DNA of 64,000 nucleotides. It comes from Eledone cirrhosa (taxonomy: Eukaryota). Below, one piece after another: positions 42,657 to 55,813 of this stretch. The stretch covers positions 367,412,001-367,476,000 of the forward strand of contig OZ024741.1 in the NCBI GenBank assembly GCA_964016885.1, read 5' to 3'. The notes beneath the pieces are model-generated. The model did no database searches and had not been told where the DNA came from. It saw only the letters and a program-made list of their open reading frames with translations. Positions within the stretch are counted from its first letter, which is position 1; each line of letters opens with the position of its first letter. Position numbers and translations under genes: made by a program.

Positions 42657-44234
42657 TAAACGTTTGAATATGTATAATAAAGCCAAAACAATGCAGGTAT
42701 GGATATAGAAAAAGAATGCAATTGCAAAAGATATTGTTGACAATTCGTCTTTTACCTTAGATTTATTTTAAACGTCCTTAAATTTCGAGATAATATCTCT
42801 TCTTCAGAGGGAAATAAAGGTCTCAAACCAGCGTTCTAAATATCTTGCCAAGCCATGCTGCCAGGAAATAGTATAGAGTATCTGTTCTATCTCTAATGTC
42901 AAAGAGTTAAAATTAGGTGGATAAAGAGTAGTCTCCCTTTAAAAGGGGTTTGTTTAGGTTTTTTTTAATTGTTTTATATACATGCCTGTTTAAGTGTGTG
43001 GGAGAATGCATGAAGGTGTAAGTATGTGAGTGTGTGTGTGTGAGTGTGAGAAGATAAGTCTATTCGTAAACGTGGGGATAGGTGTTATCTGGTGTTAGAA
43101 CTGGTTTTGTGTGTGTATGTGTGAGAGAGAATAAGTGGAGGTGTAAGCGTGTGTGTGTGTGCGTGCGTGTGTGTGTGTATGGGGTGTGTAAATATGGGGC
43201 TAGAAGCCCTATCAGGTTATAAATTGGGTGTTGAGTTCTAGTCTATTATTGATTGTTGGTTGTGTTTTATCTATAATTAGTGCTTCCTTAATTCTAAGGT
43301 TGCCGAGGTTTCTTTCCTTAGTTTCTATCCTAACTGTTATGGTTTTGTCGGTGTTTTTGCATTTAACTAGGTGTTTCTTAAATGAGGAAGCGTTAGTATT
43401 GAGGTGTTCTTTTATTCTTATGTGGAGTGGTCTGGTGGTGCTACCTACGTAGAAGTTGTTGCATTTGTCACACTCTAGTCTGTATACGACGTAAGCCTGG
43501 TGGCATAGGTCTGTGTCGTTGATGGGGCAGTTGGCTAGTCTGCAGCAGTTGTCATGTCTGGTGGAGTGTCTTTTGGCTAGCTGTCCGCGCAGAGAAGGAC
43601 CTGAGTGGGCCAGTTGGATATCCTGTTGGATAACCTGATAGGGCTTCTAGCCCCATATTTACACACCCCATACACACACACACGTACGCACACACACACA
43701 CGCTTACACCTCCACTTATTCTCTCTCACACATACACACACAAAACCAGTTCTAACACCAGATAACACCTATCCCCCACATTTACGAATAGACTTATCTT
43801 CTCACACGCACACACACACACTCACATACTTACACCTTCATGCATTCTCCCACACACTTAAACAGGCATGTATATATAAAAAAATAAAAAACCCTAAACA
43901 AACCCCTTTTAAAGGGAGACTACTCTTTATCCACCTAATTTTAACTCTTTGACATTAGAGATAGAACAGATACTCTATACTATTTCCTGGCAGCATGGCT
44001 TGGCAAGATATTTAGAACGCTGGTTTGAGACCTTTATTTTCCTCTGAAGAAGAGATATTATCTCGAAAATTAAGGACATTTAAATAAATCTAAGGTAAAA
44101 GACGAATTGTCAACAATATCTTTTGCAATTGCATTCTTTTTCTATGTCCATACCTGCATTGTTTTGGCTTTATTATACATATTCAAACGTTTATACCTCA
44201 TTACACAATGCTTCAAGTGAACTATAACCTCCTC

Positions 44235-44238
<4 letters not shown>
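42657..44238. mobile_element. Penelope-like element with inverted 3' ends and minimal hammerheads (type J)
   Basis: 42657-43220 is the reverse complement of 43630-44195; CCT-CTGAAGA-AGAGATATTATCTC-GAAA-AT-TA-AGG at 44041-44075 (+) and mirror copy at 42776-42810 (-); (TA)n on both sides. Confidence 0.85.
43213..43575 (-). pseudogene. GIY-YIG endonuclease fragment (not in the ORF track)
   Basis: Hand translation of the minus strand: CRLANCPINDTDLCHQAYVVYRLECDKCNNFYVGSTTRPLHIRIKEHL...LRIKEALIIDKTQPTINNRLE. Confidence 0.85.
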
Positions 44239-44283
<45 letters not shown>

Positions 44284-44304
44284 ATGCATATATATATATA
44301 TATT

Positions 44305-44337
<33 letters not shown>

Positions 44338-44371
44338 TTATATATATATGTATATATACATATATATATAA

Positions 44372-44450
<79 letters not shown>

Positions 44451-44466
44451 AATATATATATATATG

Positions 44467-44510
<44 letters not shown>

Positions 44511-44524
44511 CATATATATATATT

Positions 44525-44559
<35 letters not shown>

Positions 44560-44560
44560 T

Positions 44561-44593
<33 letters not shown>

Positions 44594-44594
44594 T

Positions 44595-44625
<31 letters not shown>

Positions 44626-44654
44626 TTATATATATACATATACATATACATATA

Positions 44655-44686
<32 letters not shown>

Positions 44687-44699
44687 CATATATATATAC

Positions 44700-44758
<59 letters not shown>

Positions 44759-44765
44759 CATATAC

Positions 44766-44796
<31 letters not shown>

Positions 44797-44812
44797 AATA
44801 CATATATATATG
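44237..44812. repeat. Long interrupted (TA)n microsatellite
   Basis: TA tract with scattered CA/TT/TG interruptions; comparable tract at 53640-54070. Confidence 0.95.
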
Positions 44813-44856
44813 ATAAAGAACACAAGAGCGTCTACAACATCAACAGATTTTTATTG

Positions 44857-44901
44857 GCTTACAATGTTTCTTCCTTACGTAACCGTAGGATTCGTCAGAG
44901 C
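44857..44901 (-). ncRNA. Hammerhead ribozyme motif (type K)
   Basis: Minus: GCT-CTGACGA-ATCCTACG GTTA CGTAAGGAA-GAAA-CATTG-TA-AGC; ~45 nt from the TA tract. Confidence 0.72.
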
Positions 44902-45232
44902 TATAAAAGGGGTTTGATTGGTGTTATGGACTCTACCAACCAAACATTCAAGAACAAAGAGTAAAGAGAGTAAAGAGCAAAAGTAGGGGACGATAAGTCT
45001 AATTTTGGTGCGGGAGGGTGGAGTGTGGGTCCTTGTTTACTAGCTGCGGCCATATTCATTCCCGGGAGTCGAGTGGTTAGCTGAACCATAGATGGGGTGG
45101 CGTCGATAGTATGGTGCAGAGGGTGTGCAGAGGCTACACAAACACAAAGGGCATACAATATATATATATATAACGGAGGAGAAAGTACATGAGGTAATTA
45201 GAAATGGAAAAAGATAATAATCTATAATTAAT

Positions 45233-45419
45233 TGTTTCTACTTTAGGCACCAAGCCAGCAATTATCCAGTGTATTACTGGTACTTTATTTTATCGACCCC
45301 GTAAGGATGAAAGGCAAAGTCAACCTCGGCGGGATTTGAACTCAGATCGTAAAGGGACGTAATTATACTGGAAAGCATGGCGTCCGACCCTCTACCGATA
45401 CTGCCAATCCACCGCCCTT
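45233..45419 (-). mobile_element. tRNA-derived SINE with 16-bp target-site duplication
   Basis: Full-length copy flanked by ATAATCTATAATTAAT at 45217-45232 and 45420-45435. Confidence 0.9.
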
Positions 45420-46087
45420 ATAATCTATAATTAATAATGTATAATAAGGCATGGGGAAGATTACACTATAATAAGGTATAAAAGTAAGAATAAGGTAAAA
45501 TATAAAGGAGGATAAAAGTGGAAATAATAAAGATAAAAAATATATATGTAAAAAAATATATAGAGAATATTTAAAGAAATATAAGCGAATATTTGGAGGG
45601 GAAAACACAATGTAAAAAAAACACAATGTAAAAAAACCGATTTTTTCAAATAAAAATAAAAATATTATAATTATGGGGGGAGAAAACGGGATAGAGAAAT
45701 ATGATCAAATGTGATTAGTTGAGAGAATATAAGATGATAATAGTTATGTCAAGTTTATACATCTTAATAATAAATAATATGTGTATCAGAGTTACAGAAC
45801 CTTCAATTCACTTACAGGTTCAAGCCACGTGGCATAGTCCATTGTTTATCTGTGCGGTCATGCGCGTTTGTTTTTAATACCACAGCAGATGCACAAGTTC
45901 GTAAATTCCAATGCAGATAGAAATCTATTTTTGCTCACCCGGACATTGACGGAGGATCCAATATTCCTAGTTCAATATGTGTGTGGTGTTATTTTGGTTA
46001 TTTTACATATATATATATATGTAGAAGTTCTATTTAAATTGTTGGGATACAACAAGCAAACACTTTTATATATATATATATATATAT

Positions 46088-46398
46088 AAATCAGGAAATA
46101 AGGTTGACATGGTTTGCTATACAAAAAAGGTTTTTAATCTCATAGCTGACAATTGTTTCTCTGAACTGGTAGGTCTAGATATCGCTATTCGCTTGTTTTC
46201 ACGTTACTCGATCGCCAATACAAAATTATAACCAGTCAGTTCTTCGGAGCATGCGAGAATGAAGAGAATACACAGGCAAGAAAAGAATATACAGGCTACT
46301 ATATGAAGTAGTAATGGCATTCAGTTAGAATGCCATTACTACTTCATATAGTAGCCTGTATATTCTTTTCTTGCCTGTGTATTCTCTTCATTCTCGCA
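46088..46398 (-). mobile_element. Second copy of the CCGANGA hammerhead cassette, with a terminal fold-back
   Basis: Similar to 35565-35805; core reads CCGAAGA; 46252-46321 is inverted at 46328-46398; (TA)n on both sides. Confidence 0.7.
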
Positions 46399-46424
46399 TA
46401 TATATATACATATATATATATATT

Positions 46425-46568
<144 letters not shown>

Positions 46569-47020
46569 GAGAGAGAGAATAAGAAAGCGAAGTAATTTCA
46601 GATGTTAAAGTCCTTTAATTATAATGCTGTAATACATATTTCCATGACGACAGTGGCCACACGGTTCGGTGCGCCCAGTGCCATGACATCATCAGACAGC
46701 TTGTTACATAATAAGGTTATGTTTCCGAGGCAATCCAAATTGAATCGACATGGGAACGGACAAAGTGTGTGCTCTTGAGTTCTTCGCCCATTCCCTTGTG
46801 AGTCCCAATTCACCCCCACCTGTCTGCGCAGCCGCAAGTCCGGAGGAAGTTGACCATCAACTACCGCAGAGTTCTACGAAACTCGCCTAGGCAGGACCCC
46901 CTCTCAACCAAACAACGACCCCATCCAGGCCTGTAATATGACACGGTTACAGCTTACTGCTAGCCACCCTGTTAGTGGCAGTCCATGTATAAATATATAT
47001 ACATATATATATATATATAT

Positions 47021-47770
47021 AGTTTTGGTGACAAATACAGTGAAGGAGGCAGAGGATTTGATGCAGGAGGTTGAAACTGTGTCGATGAGTGTGGGGCTGA
47101 GAATGAATGAGACTAAAACAAAATATCTGGTAGAGAATGTTGAGAAGCCAGAGGGGATCACTAATGTAGGCGGGAAGCCGCTAGAATTGGTTGAGGATTT
47201 CCTGTATTTGGGAGCAAAGATTGGGAATACGGAAGATGGTGTGGTTGAGAAGAAGAGCAAAGCCTGGGCGGCGTGCCACAGCTTGAGATCGGTGTGGAGG
47301 TCGGACCTTCGTAAAGACCTGAAAATCCGCCTCTTCATTGCTGTAGTGGAGTCTGTGCTGCTGTACGGGTCTGAGACCTGGTCACTGACCAAGAAACTCA
47401 CACAGATGGTGGATGGGTGCTACACGAGAATGCTGAGGATGGCGCTGAACACTAATCAGTATACACTGAGGATGAAAAACTCAGAGCTGTATGGGAGCCT
47501 TCCAAAAGTCAGCTCAAAAGTGACACAGAGGAGACTGGGTTAGCTGGACATGCTCACCGACATCCAGAGTTGACATTGCACTCAGGGCTCCTGTGGGAGC
47601 CCCTACATGGACACACTGGAAGAGGAAGACCAAGGTTAACGTATGTTGATGCCCTAAGGACAGACACTGGTTTGTTGTTGACGCAGGACATGGCAGCGAT
47701 AATGAGGGACAGAGACCGCTGGAGAGAACTCGTCCATGGATCTCGGGAATTTTACCCGCCCTAGAAAAAA
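47021..47770 (+). mobile_element. RTE-clade LINE 3' fragment
   Basis: GLRMNETKTK, VEDFLYLG, VESVLLYGSETWSLT, GRGRPRLTYVD. Confidence 0.87.
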
Positions 47771-47786
47771 GATATATATATATATA

Positions 47787-47992
47787 TTTGAAAAAAGGAA
47801 AAGAATGACTTCACTTGTAGTTCTAAACAATTTGATTTAATTTTATAATATTATAATATTCCAACTCATAATATTATATTATAAAATTAAATCAAATTGT
47901 TTAGAACTACAAGTGAAGTCATTCTTTTCCTTTTTTCAAATATACCTAACTGTACCAAGGATTTCACACATTTTCCAATATATATATATGTA
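47787..47992. repeat. Inverted repeat of a Penelope 3'-end sequence also seen at 9190-9265
   Basis: TTTGAAAAAAGGAAAAGAATGACTTCACTTGTAGTT and its reverse complement around 47860. Confidence 0.75.
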
Positions 47993-48651
47993 TATATATA
48001 TATATACATAGCGCGCGCACACCACATCTCCCCTTTTCCGACCAACCCAACTACGGATTACACACATTGGACATCGCTCCCACGAATCAACTCCATCACA
48101 AGGAAAATATCCGGCAACCCACCACACCCTCTACGGAACTACCTTAGGAACTTACCCACGGACGTACACTCACAAAAATCTTTTTTCCCACACGCAACCT
48201 ACATCCACAATACGTATAAACACCACACACATGTGCATACCACCACATATTTACACACTCAGCCTCCGGAATCCCCCCCCCCTCTGACCCCTCCCCATCC
48301 ACACACGCACACACACACACCGACCTACACCCCACCCCACACACCTTTTCCTGAACATGGAACCCTGTTCTTCCCCCAACTCTCACACTCACATACACAC
48401 ACACACACACCACCTTCAGCCCTCCCCGCTCGGACACCACGCCTCCCTCTCCCCACTCCACCCACCACCACCCCTACACGCCCCACACCCTTCCACCACT
48501 TGTTTATCTTCATGTTTATTTTTATTTTTATTATGTTTTTATATTTATTATATTTATTTTCATTTGTACCGTTTCCTCTCGCCCACTTTTTTCTAAATGA
48601 CTCTCCCCCACTACCCTACACCCCTTTGGAACTCTCTTCCCACTAACTTTT

Positions 48652-48684
48652 CGCCTGAAGAAGGGCTTATGCCCGAAACGTCGT
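48652..48684 (+). ncRNA. Minimal Penelope-type hammerhead motif (type L)
   Basis: CTGAAGA-AGGGC TTAT GCCC-GAAA-CG-TC-G, followed by AATAAA and a TA tract. Confidence 0.78.
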
Positions 48685-48769
48685 TCCCCACCACCACCCC
48701 ACTCTCAAGAGCGTGAAACTAATAAACCTTTGTTCGTACTGCCTCTCTGTTTTGTTCCCGCTCCATTTT

Positions 48770-48804
<35 letters not shown>

Positions 48805-49053
48805 TTGCATAACGTTGAGTGCTTTAATTAATTTATTGAATCATCGTTTACCAACCCGAACCACCAGTTCTACCCATTGGTAAACAGCCTAACATATACA
48901 TATATATAGGTGTGTGTGTGTGTGTGTGTGTGTGTATAAACATGGAAACAGATCGAAATAAAATGAAATTATATCGATCCAGTTGTACTATAAAAGGTCA
49001 ATTGAAATTAAGTATGAAAATATTATAAGCCCATATGCACCATTATAGACAAC

Positions 49054-49164
<111 letters not shown>

Positions 49165-49311
49165 CCTACTGTACTACCCTAAGTATTGAGTACTCTGGTG
49201 CGTTATGGTCCACCTGTAATCTTACCACACCCTCTTTGTTATATATATATATATATATATGCGTAGGTGTGTATGTGTGTGCTTGTATGTATATGTATGT
49301 TTCTCTCTCTC

Positions 49312-49355
<44 letters not shown>

Positions 49356-49425
49356 GCTCTCTTTTTTCTCTTTCTTTCTCTCTCTCTCACTCTCTCTCTC
49401 TCTCTCACTCTCGCTCTCTTTTTTT

Positions 49426-49512
<87 letters not shown>

Positions 49513-50136
49513 TTAATTAGTATTAATTATACTATTTATGGTTATGTAAATACAAAAACCTTTTGCAGTTATATATATTTTTTTATACAAACCCTAAATA
49601 GTGGTAGGCAGTAATATATTACTACCTTATTACCAGTAAGTTAAGTAGCTCAATGTAAAAACATCAGATGATTTACAGAGCAGTTATATGAAAATGACTA
49701 TGAAAATGTCGAAGTACATGAAGTCCATAACATCCCTTCGCTGTGCATTTCCAATACTTTTAATATTTTTAATGCTTATATCATTTCTCCACACACAGAC
49801 TATAACAATCATATAAAGAATTTGCCACCAGATCAACCAACCTAACACTCTTGTTTACCTACCTAAGTGCTTCTACTACACGTAACTCTCTGCCACACTA
49901 TATAAACAAGACGCACGTGCTTGCCACACATATAACATTTGCACTATATAACCGCTTATTTTCATGTTGTATTTTAACCTGTATTTTTGATTGTACCTCT
50001 TAATATGAATGTAATCTCTAAGTGTGTACTGCCACTCTAAATGCTGTAATGAATGTTGACCCACAATATTTGCATATGTATCTGTATGTCTCTTGGGTGA
50101 AAAGGAGGTCATATAACTGTTCATTCATTAATAAAT

Positions 50137-50183
50137 TGCTCCGAAGAATCCAAACCTCGGTTTGGAGGAAACAGTTGTAAGCA
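50137..50183 (+). ncRNA. Hammerhead-like motif with CCGAAGA core (type M)
   Basis: TGCT-CCGAAGA-ATCCAAACC TC GGTTTGGAG-GAAA-CAGTTG-TA-AGCA; ~40 nt before (TA)n. Confidence 0.7.
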
Positions 50184-50214
50184 CAAAAATGTTTTGAACA
50201 GTTCTTTGATTCTT

Positions 50215-50313
<99 letters not shown>

Positions 50314-50639
50314 CAAGTAAAAATAACGGAGCAAAGGACTCGCGTATAATCCTGTAATTAAATGAGCTCAAAGGAAATAGTTTTCCTGGGCACTTTAAAA
50401 TACAATATATAGAGGGGAAAGACACAGGAGAGTGTGTTTTTCAATTCCTGTAATGAAAAACACACTCTCCTGTGTCTTTCCCCTCTATATATTGTATTAT
50501 ATATATATACGCGTGTGTGTGTATATGCGTGTGCGTGTGTGTATAACTATATATACACACATACATACATACATACATACATACATACATACATACATAC
50601 ATACATACATACATACATACATACATACATACATACATA

Positions 50640-51700
50640 ATCAAAAACTCACACCCAGGGAAGTCGCTCAGAAGTATCGCAGTGAATCCATGGATGAAAA
50701 ACTGCATGCTAATCAGCAAAAAATCATGCATGGATATGTTGCCAGGAAGCTCCAGAGTGAGAGTAATATAGATAAGGAAAGTAGTCTATCTTGGACCAAC
50801 AACCGCTATATTGGCTCCCACTTTGAAGGATACGCTTTTGCAATCCAGGAACAGGAGATTAGCACGAAATACCTGATTCACAAAAGAGATAGGGATGCAG
50901 GCAAAACACCTAGATGTGATAACAAGTGCAGACTCTGCAGAACTAACATCGAAGATATCACCCATGTCATCAGCAGCTGTCCAAAGATGTCATCGCAGTA
51001 CTATCTACCTATGAGGCATGATGTAGTGGCCAAAACACTGTACAATGCAGTTCGTAAAAAAGATAGCCCCGATAATAAACACATTAAAAGCTACAGCAAT
51101 GTGGAAGACATCCATGTACATAATATGAAAGAGTACTGGTGGAATGTTCCAGTAAAAACCCCAATAAAATACAGGCATAACAGACCAGATATTATGATAT
51201 GGGACAGGGAGAAGAAAGCATGCACTGTAGTGGAAATTAACTGCCCAGTAGATGCCAATATAATATCAAAGAATAGCGATTACACCTTCAGATTTATGCC
51301 TGTGATTATTGGGGCACTGGGGTATGTTAGTAACTGCCTCAATACAAATCTCGAGAAGCTAGGCTTCACAGGAACAGAAAGAACACAACTAGTTAGGAAA
51401 TTACAAGTACAATACTTAATGGAACAGTAAAAATATGTAAAACATTCCAAAAAGTTTGCATCTAATAACTGCATATACACATGTACAGATACAAAGCATA
51501 TACACATGCACACATACAACTCAAAACAGACACATCCACACATACAATAACATCCATATCTACACATGCATGCATACATAATCTACCTAGTTGATGTTGT
51601 GTAAATTCCAATGAGAGAGTCTTGTGTCCTTGTTAGAAACCGACTCTCTCTCCATTGGGAAAAAATTTGTGAAATTATAAAACCAGAAGAACATACATAC
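50640..51700 (+). mobile_element. RLE-type (R4-like) non-LTR retrotransposon 3' fragment in (CATA)n
   Basis: AIQEQEI, CRLCRTNIEDITHVISSC, RHDVVAK, HNRPDIMIWD, PVIIGALG; starts directly after a (CATA)n tract, with a short (CATA)n near 51692. Confidence 0.85.
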
Positions 51701-51926
51701 ATACGCCATAGATCGCGCAAAGAAAATATTTCTGCGATGAATGAACACTTGTTGAGGTTAGTTTTCATCAGGTCAAAGCTAAACAATTATGTTGTTCTAA
51801 TTTTCTGCCTTCGTCTTGATTCTTGACACGATAACAAGTTAAGAAGGAATTCAATCAATTCTCATTTTACTGACATTTTACATGAAGGAACAAGTCGGAA
51901 GACGGATCATGTCACGCACACACACG

Positions 51927-51989
<63 letters not shown>

Positions 51990-51998
51990 ATATGTATG

Positions 51999-52063
<65 letters not shown>

Positions 52064-52069
<6 letters not shown>

Positions 52070-52557
52070 CAAAATATTAATAAATGAGAAATACTTTCAC
52101 ATAACGAAAGTATATATTTATTATATATATTTCAAGGGTACAGTAGTTTTTGAGTACGCTTTCATCAGATAAAAAATAAGAAATTGGTTGTTCGACACAT
52201 CGCTATTGTCTTGATCCTTCAATCCTTATAGTGGCAGTCTTGTGTTTTATCTGATGAAAGCGTACTCAAAAACTACTGTACCATTGAGATATATATAATT
52301 ATTTCTACTTTAGGCAAAAGGTAGCAAATACCCAGTACATTACTGGTACTTTATTTTATCGACCCCGTAAGGATGAAAGGCAAAGTTAACCTCGGCGGGA
52401 TTTGAACTCAGACTGTAGAGGGACGTAACTATGCTAGAAAGCATGGCGTCCGACTCTCTACCGATACTGCCAATTCCACGCCCTTGAAATATATATAATA
52501 AATTATATACTTAGGTTATGTGAAAGTATTTCTCATTTATTAATATTTTGAATATTA
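52064..52557. mobile_element. Palindromic hammerhead cassette (type N), right arm interrupted by a SINE (52300-52484, minus)
   Basis: Minus 52117-52173: TTTAT-CTGATGA-AAGCGTAC..GTACCCTT-GAAA-TATATA-TA-ATAAA; plus copy starts at 52245. Confidence 0.8.
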
Positions 52558-52646
52558 AGGATGCTCCAGATACAAATTGTCGAGTGCTTCTAATCTGTTG
52601 TAAAAATGAATTCGTTGAATAATCAACGAACCATATAAACTTTTGG

Positions 52647-52696
<50 letters not shown>

Positions 52697-52750
52697 GCAT
52701 ATATATACTATATATATATATATATACATACACACACACACATATATATA

Positions 52751-52812
<62 letters not shown>

Positions 52813-52867
52813 TTTCTGAATTTGTTTAGCAAGATTCTTTATCTGAAAACGTGTGTTAAAACCGATA

Positions 52868-53634
52868 TTGTTATACTTTGCGAGGGTCATGTTGCCAATA
52901 AGAAACACACGCACCAGTTGCTTTCACTTCAATTTATTATAAATTAAGTTTATAAATTTAGGAATTTATAAATTTGCGCATGTGTTACATCCGGGTGTCT
53001 GTGTGTGTGTTTATATTTGTTTATTTATTTGTTTATTTACATGTTACTGGTTGGTTGTTTGTTCTATGTGTGTGTGTGTTTTCATTTTGTCCTTAATTGT
53101 AAGTTGTGATGTTGCTGTTCCATTCATGAACAGCAACAGAAAAGACACAATGTTTAGACAAATTACAGAGGCAATAAACATAAAAGAATTACAACCAAAA
53201 TTAAATAGAAAATATGAGTGGAACAGCAACATCACAACTTACAATTAAGGACAAAATGAAAACACACACACACATAGAACAACCAACCAGTAACATGTAA
53301 ATAAACAAATAAATAAACAAATATAAACACACACAGACAGCCGGATGTAACACATGCGCCAACTAAGCACACAACACACACAAAAACAAGATGGCGTAGG
53401 ACAGAACAAAGAAGAGGCACACAAACAAAGAAAATAATCCCCAGTCACTGAAGAGGTCACAGAATGTGTGACGAAAGAACTTTGACAATATATGAACAAT
53501 CGTCTGGTTGTGGAACCAACCAACCAACCGGAAATTTATAAATTCCTAAATTTATAAATTTAATTTATAATAAATTGAAGTGAAAGCAACTGGTGCGTGT
53601 GTTTCTTATTGGCAACATGACCCTCCCAAAGTAT

Positions 53635-53641
<7 letters not shown>
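52868..53641. mobile_element. Penelope-like 3' ends in inverted orientation, with hammerhead (type O)
   Basis: GIY-YIG C-terminus RQITEAINIKELQPKLNRKYEW; GTCA-CTGAAGA-GGTCACAGAATGTGTGAC-GAAA-GAAC-TT-TGAC at 53444-53486; 52868-52975 is inverted at 53530-53641. Confidence 0.78.
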
Positions 53642-53684
<43 letters not shown>

Positions 53685-53712
53685 TATATATATGTGTGTG
53701 TGTGTATATGTG

Positions 53713-53890
<178 letters not shown>

Positions 53891-53954
53891 CATATATATG
53901 TATGTATATATATGTGTGTGTGTGTATGTATATATATATATATATATGTGTGTA

Positions 53955-54650
<696 letters not shown>

Positions 54651-54719
54651 ATATATAATTATATATATATATATATTATACATATGTATATATATATTAT
54701 ATATATACATCTATATATA

Positions 54720-54750
<31 letters not shown>

Positions 54751-54906
54751 ATAAATATAACGAAGGAAATGTGGTAAGGAACCAGATGGACCATAACGCA
54801 CCAGAGTACTCAATACTTCCAGAAATAGCCGTCGAAACGGCTTGAGCTCTGCCGTCGGGGTCATACTTTTTCCTATATATAAATATATATATATAATATA
54901 TTATAT

Positions 54907-55079
54907 AGTATCGGTAGAGGGTTGGATGCCATGCTTTCTAGCATAGTTACGTCCCTTTACGGTCTGAGTTCAAATCCCGCTCAGGTTAACTTTGCCTTTC
55001 ATCCTTACGGGGGTCGATAAAATAAAGTACCAGTAATGTACTGGGTAATTGCTAGCCTTGTGCCAAAAGTAGAAACAAT

Positions 55080-55080
<1 letters not shown>
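54907..55080 (+). mobile_element. tRNA-derived SINE
   Basis: Same family as 22063. Confidence 0.85.
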
Positions 55081-55106
<26 letters not shown>

Positions 55107-55110
<4 letters not shown>

Positions 55111-55650
55111 AGTGTAATTTTCTACACAAAACGAAGGTTATAGAGAAAATTGAGGTTGGTAATGGCACATGGAATATATAAGAGACAGAATACTTTTTTG
55201 TGAAAAAACATAATTTTATAAGGTAAGGAAATAATAAAGGGTATAAAAAATGACCGGTTTCGATGGGTCTGCAAAAGCCATCTTTTCAAATGTTGATTAA
55301 TATTAAGAAAAATTAATAATACGAAGAGTTAAAATTTGAGACTTGAAAATTCAAGTATAAAATTCATTGTGGGATTTCATAGCAGTTTTCATCTAGGTAG
55401 CAACAACAGGTTGACTGCTGTGTCCCTTCCTGGTAGTGAAAGAGAAGTTATTTGGGGTGTGGGTTATTTTATAAAGGTCAGATTTAGCAATCACCAACTG
55501 GCCAGCTGCTAGTCAGTGAGGGGGTGGAAGCAATATACATACACATATCTTCCTGTGATGGGTAGGAGAGTGGAGCGTGATAGAAAGGGATTTAGTGCAC
55601 TTACACCTATATATACACACATACCTTCATCCACACATACATACATATAC

Positions 55651-55697
<47 letters not shown>

Positions 55698-55762
55698 CAC
55701 ACATACATACACACACACATACATATACATACACACATACACACACACACATATATACACAT

Positions 55763-55813
<51 letters not shown>

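Noticed and set aside
46620-46985. GC-rich structured segment, possible LINE 5' UTR or HDV-like ribozyme
   Set aside because: Hairpins are visible but I could not assemble the nested double pseudoknot; left unassigned.
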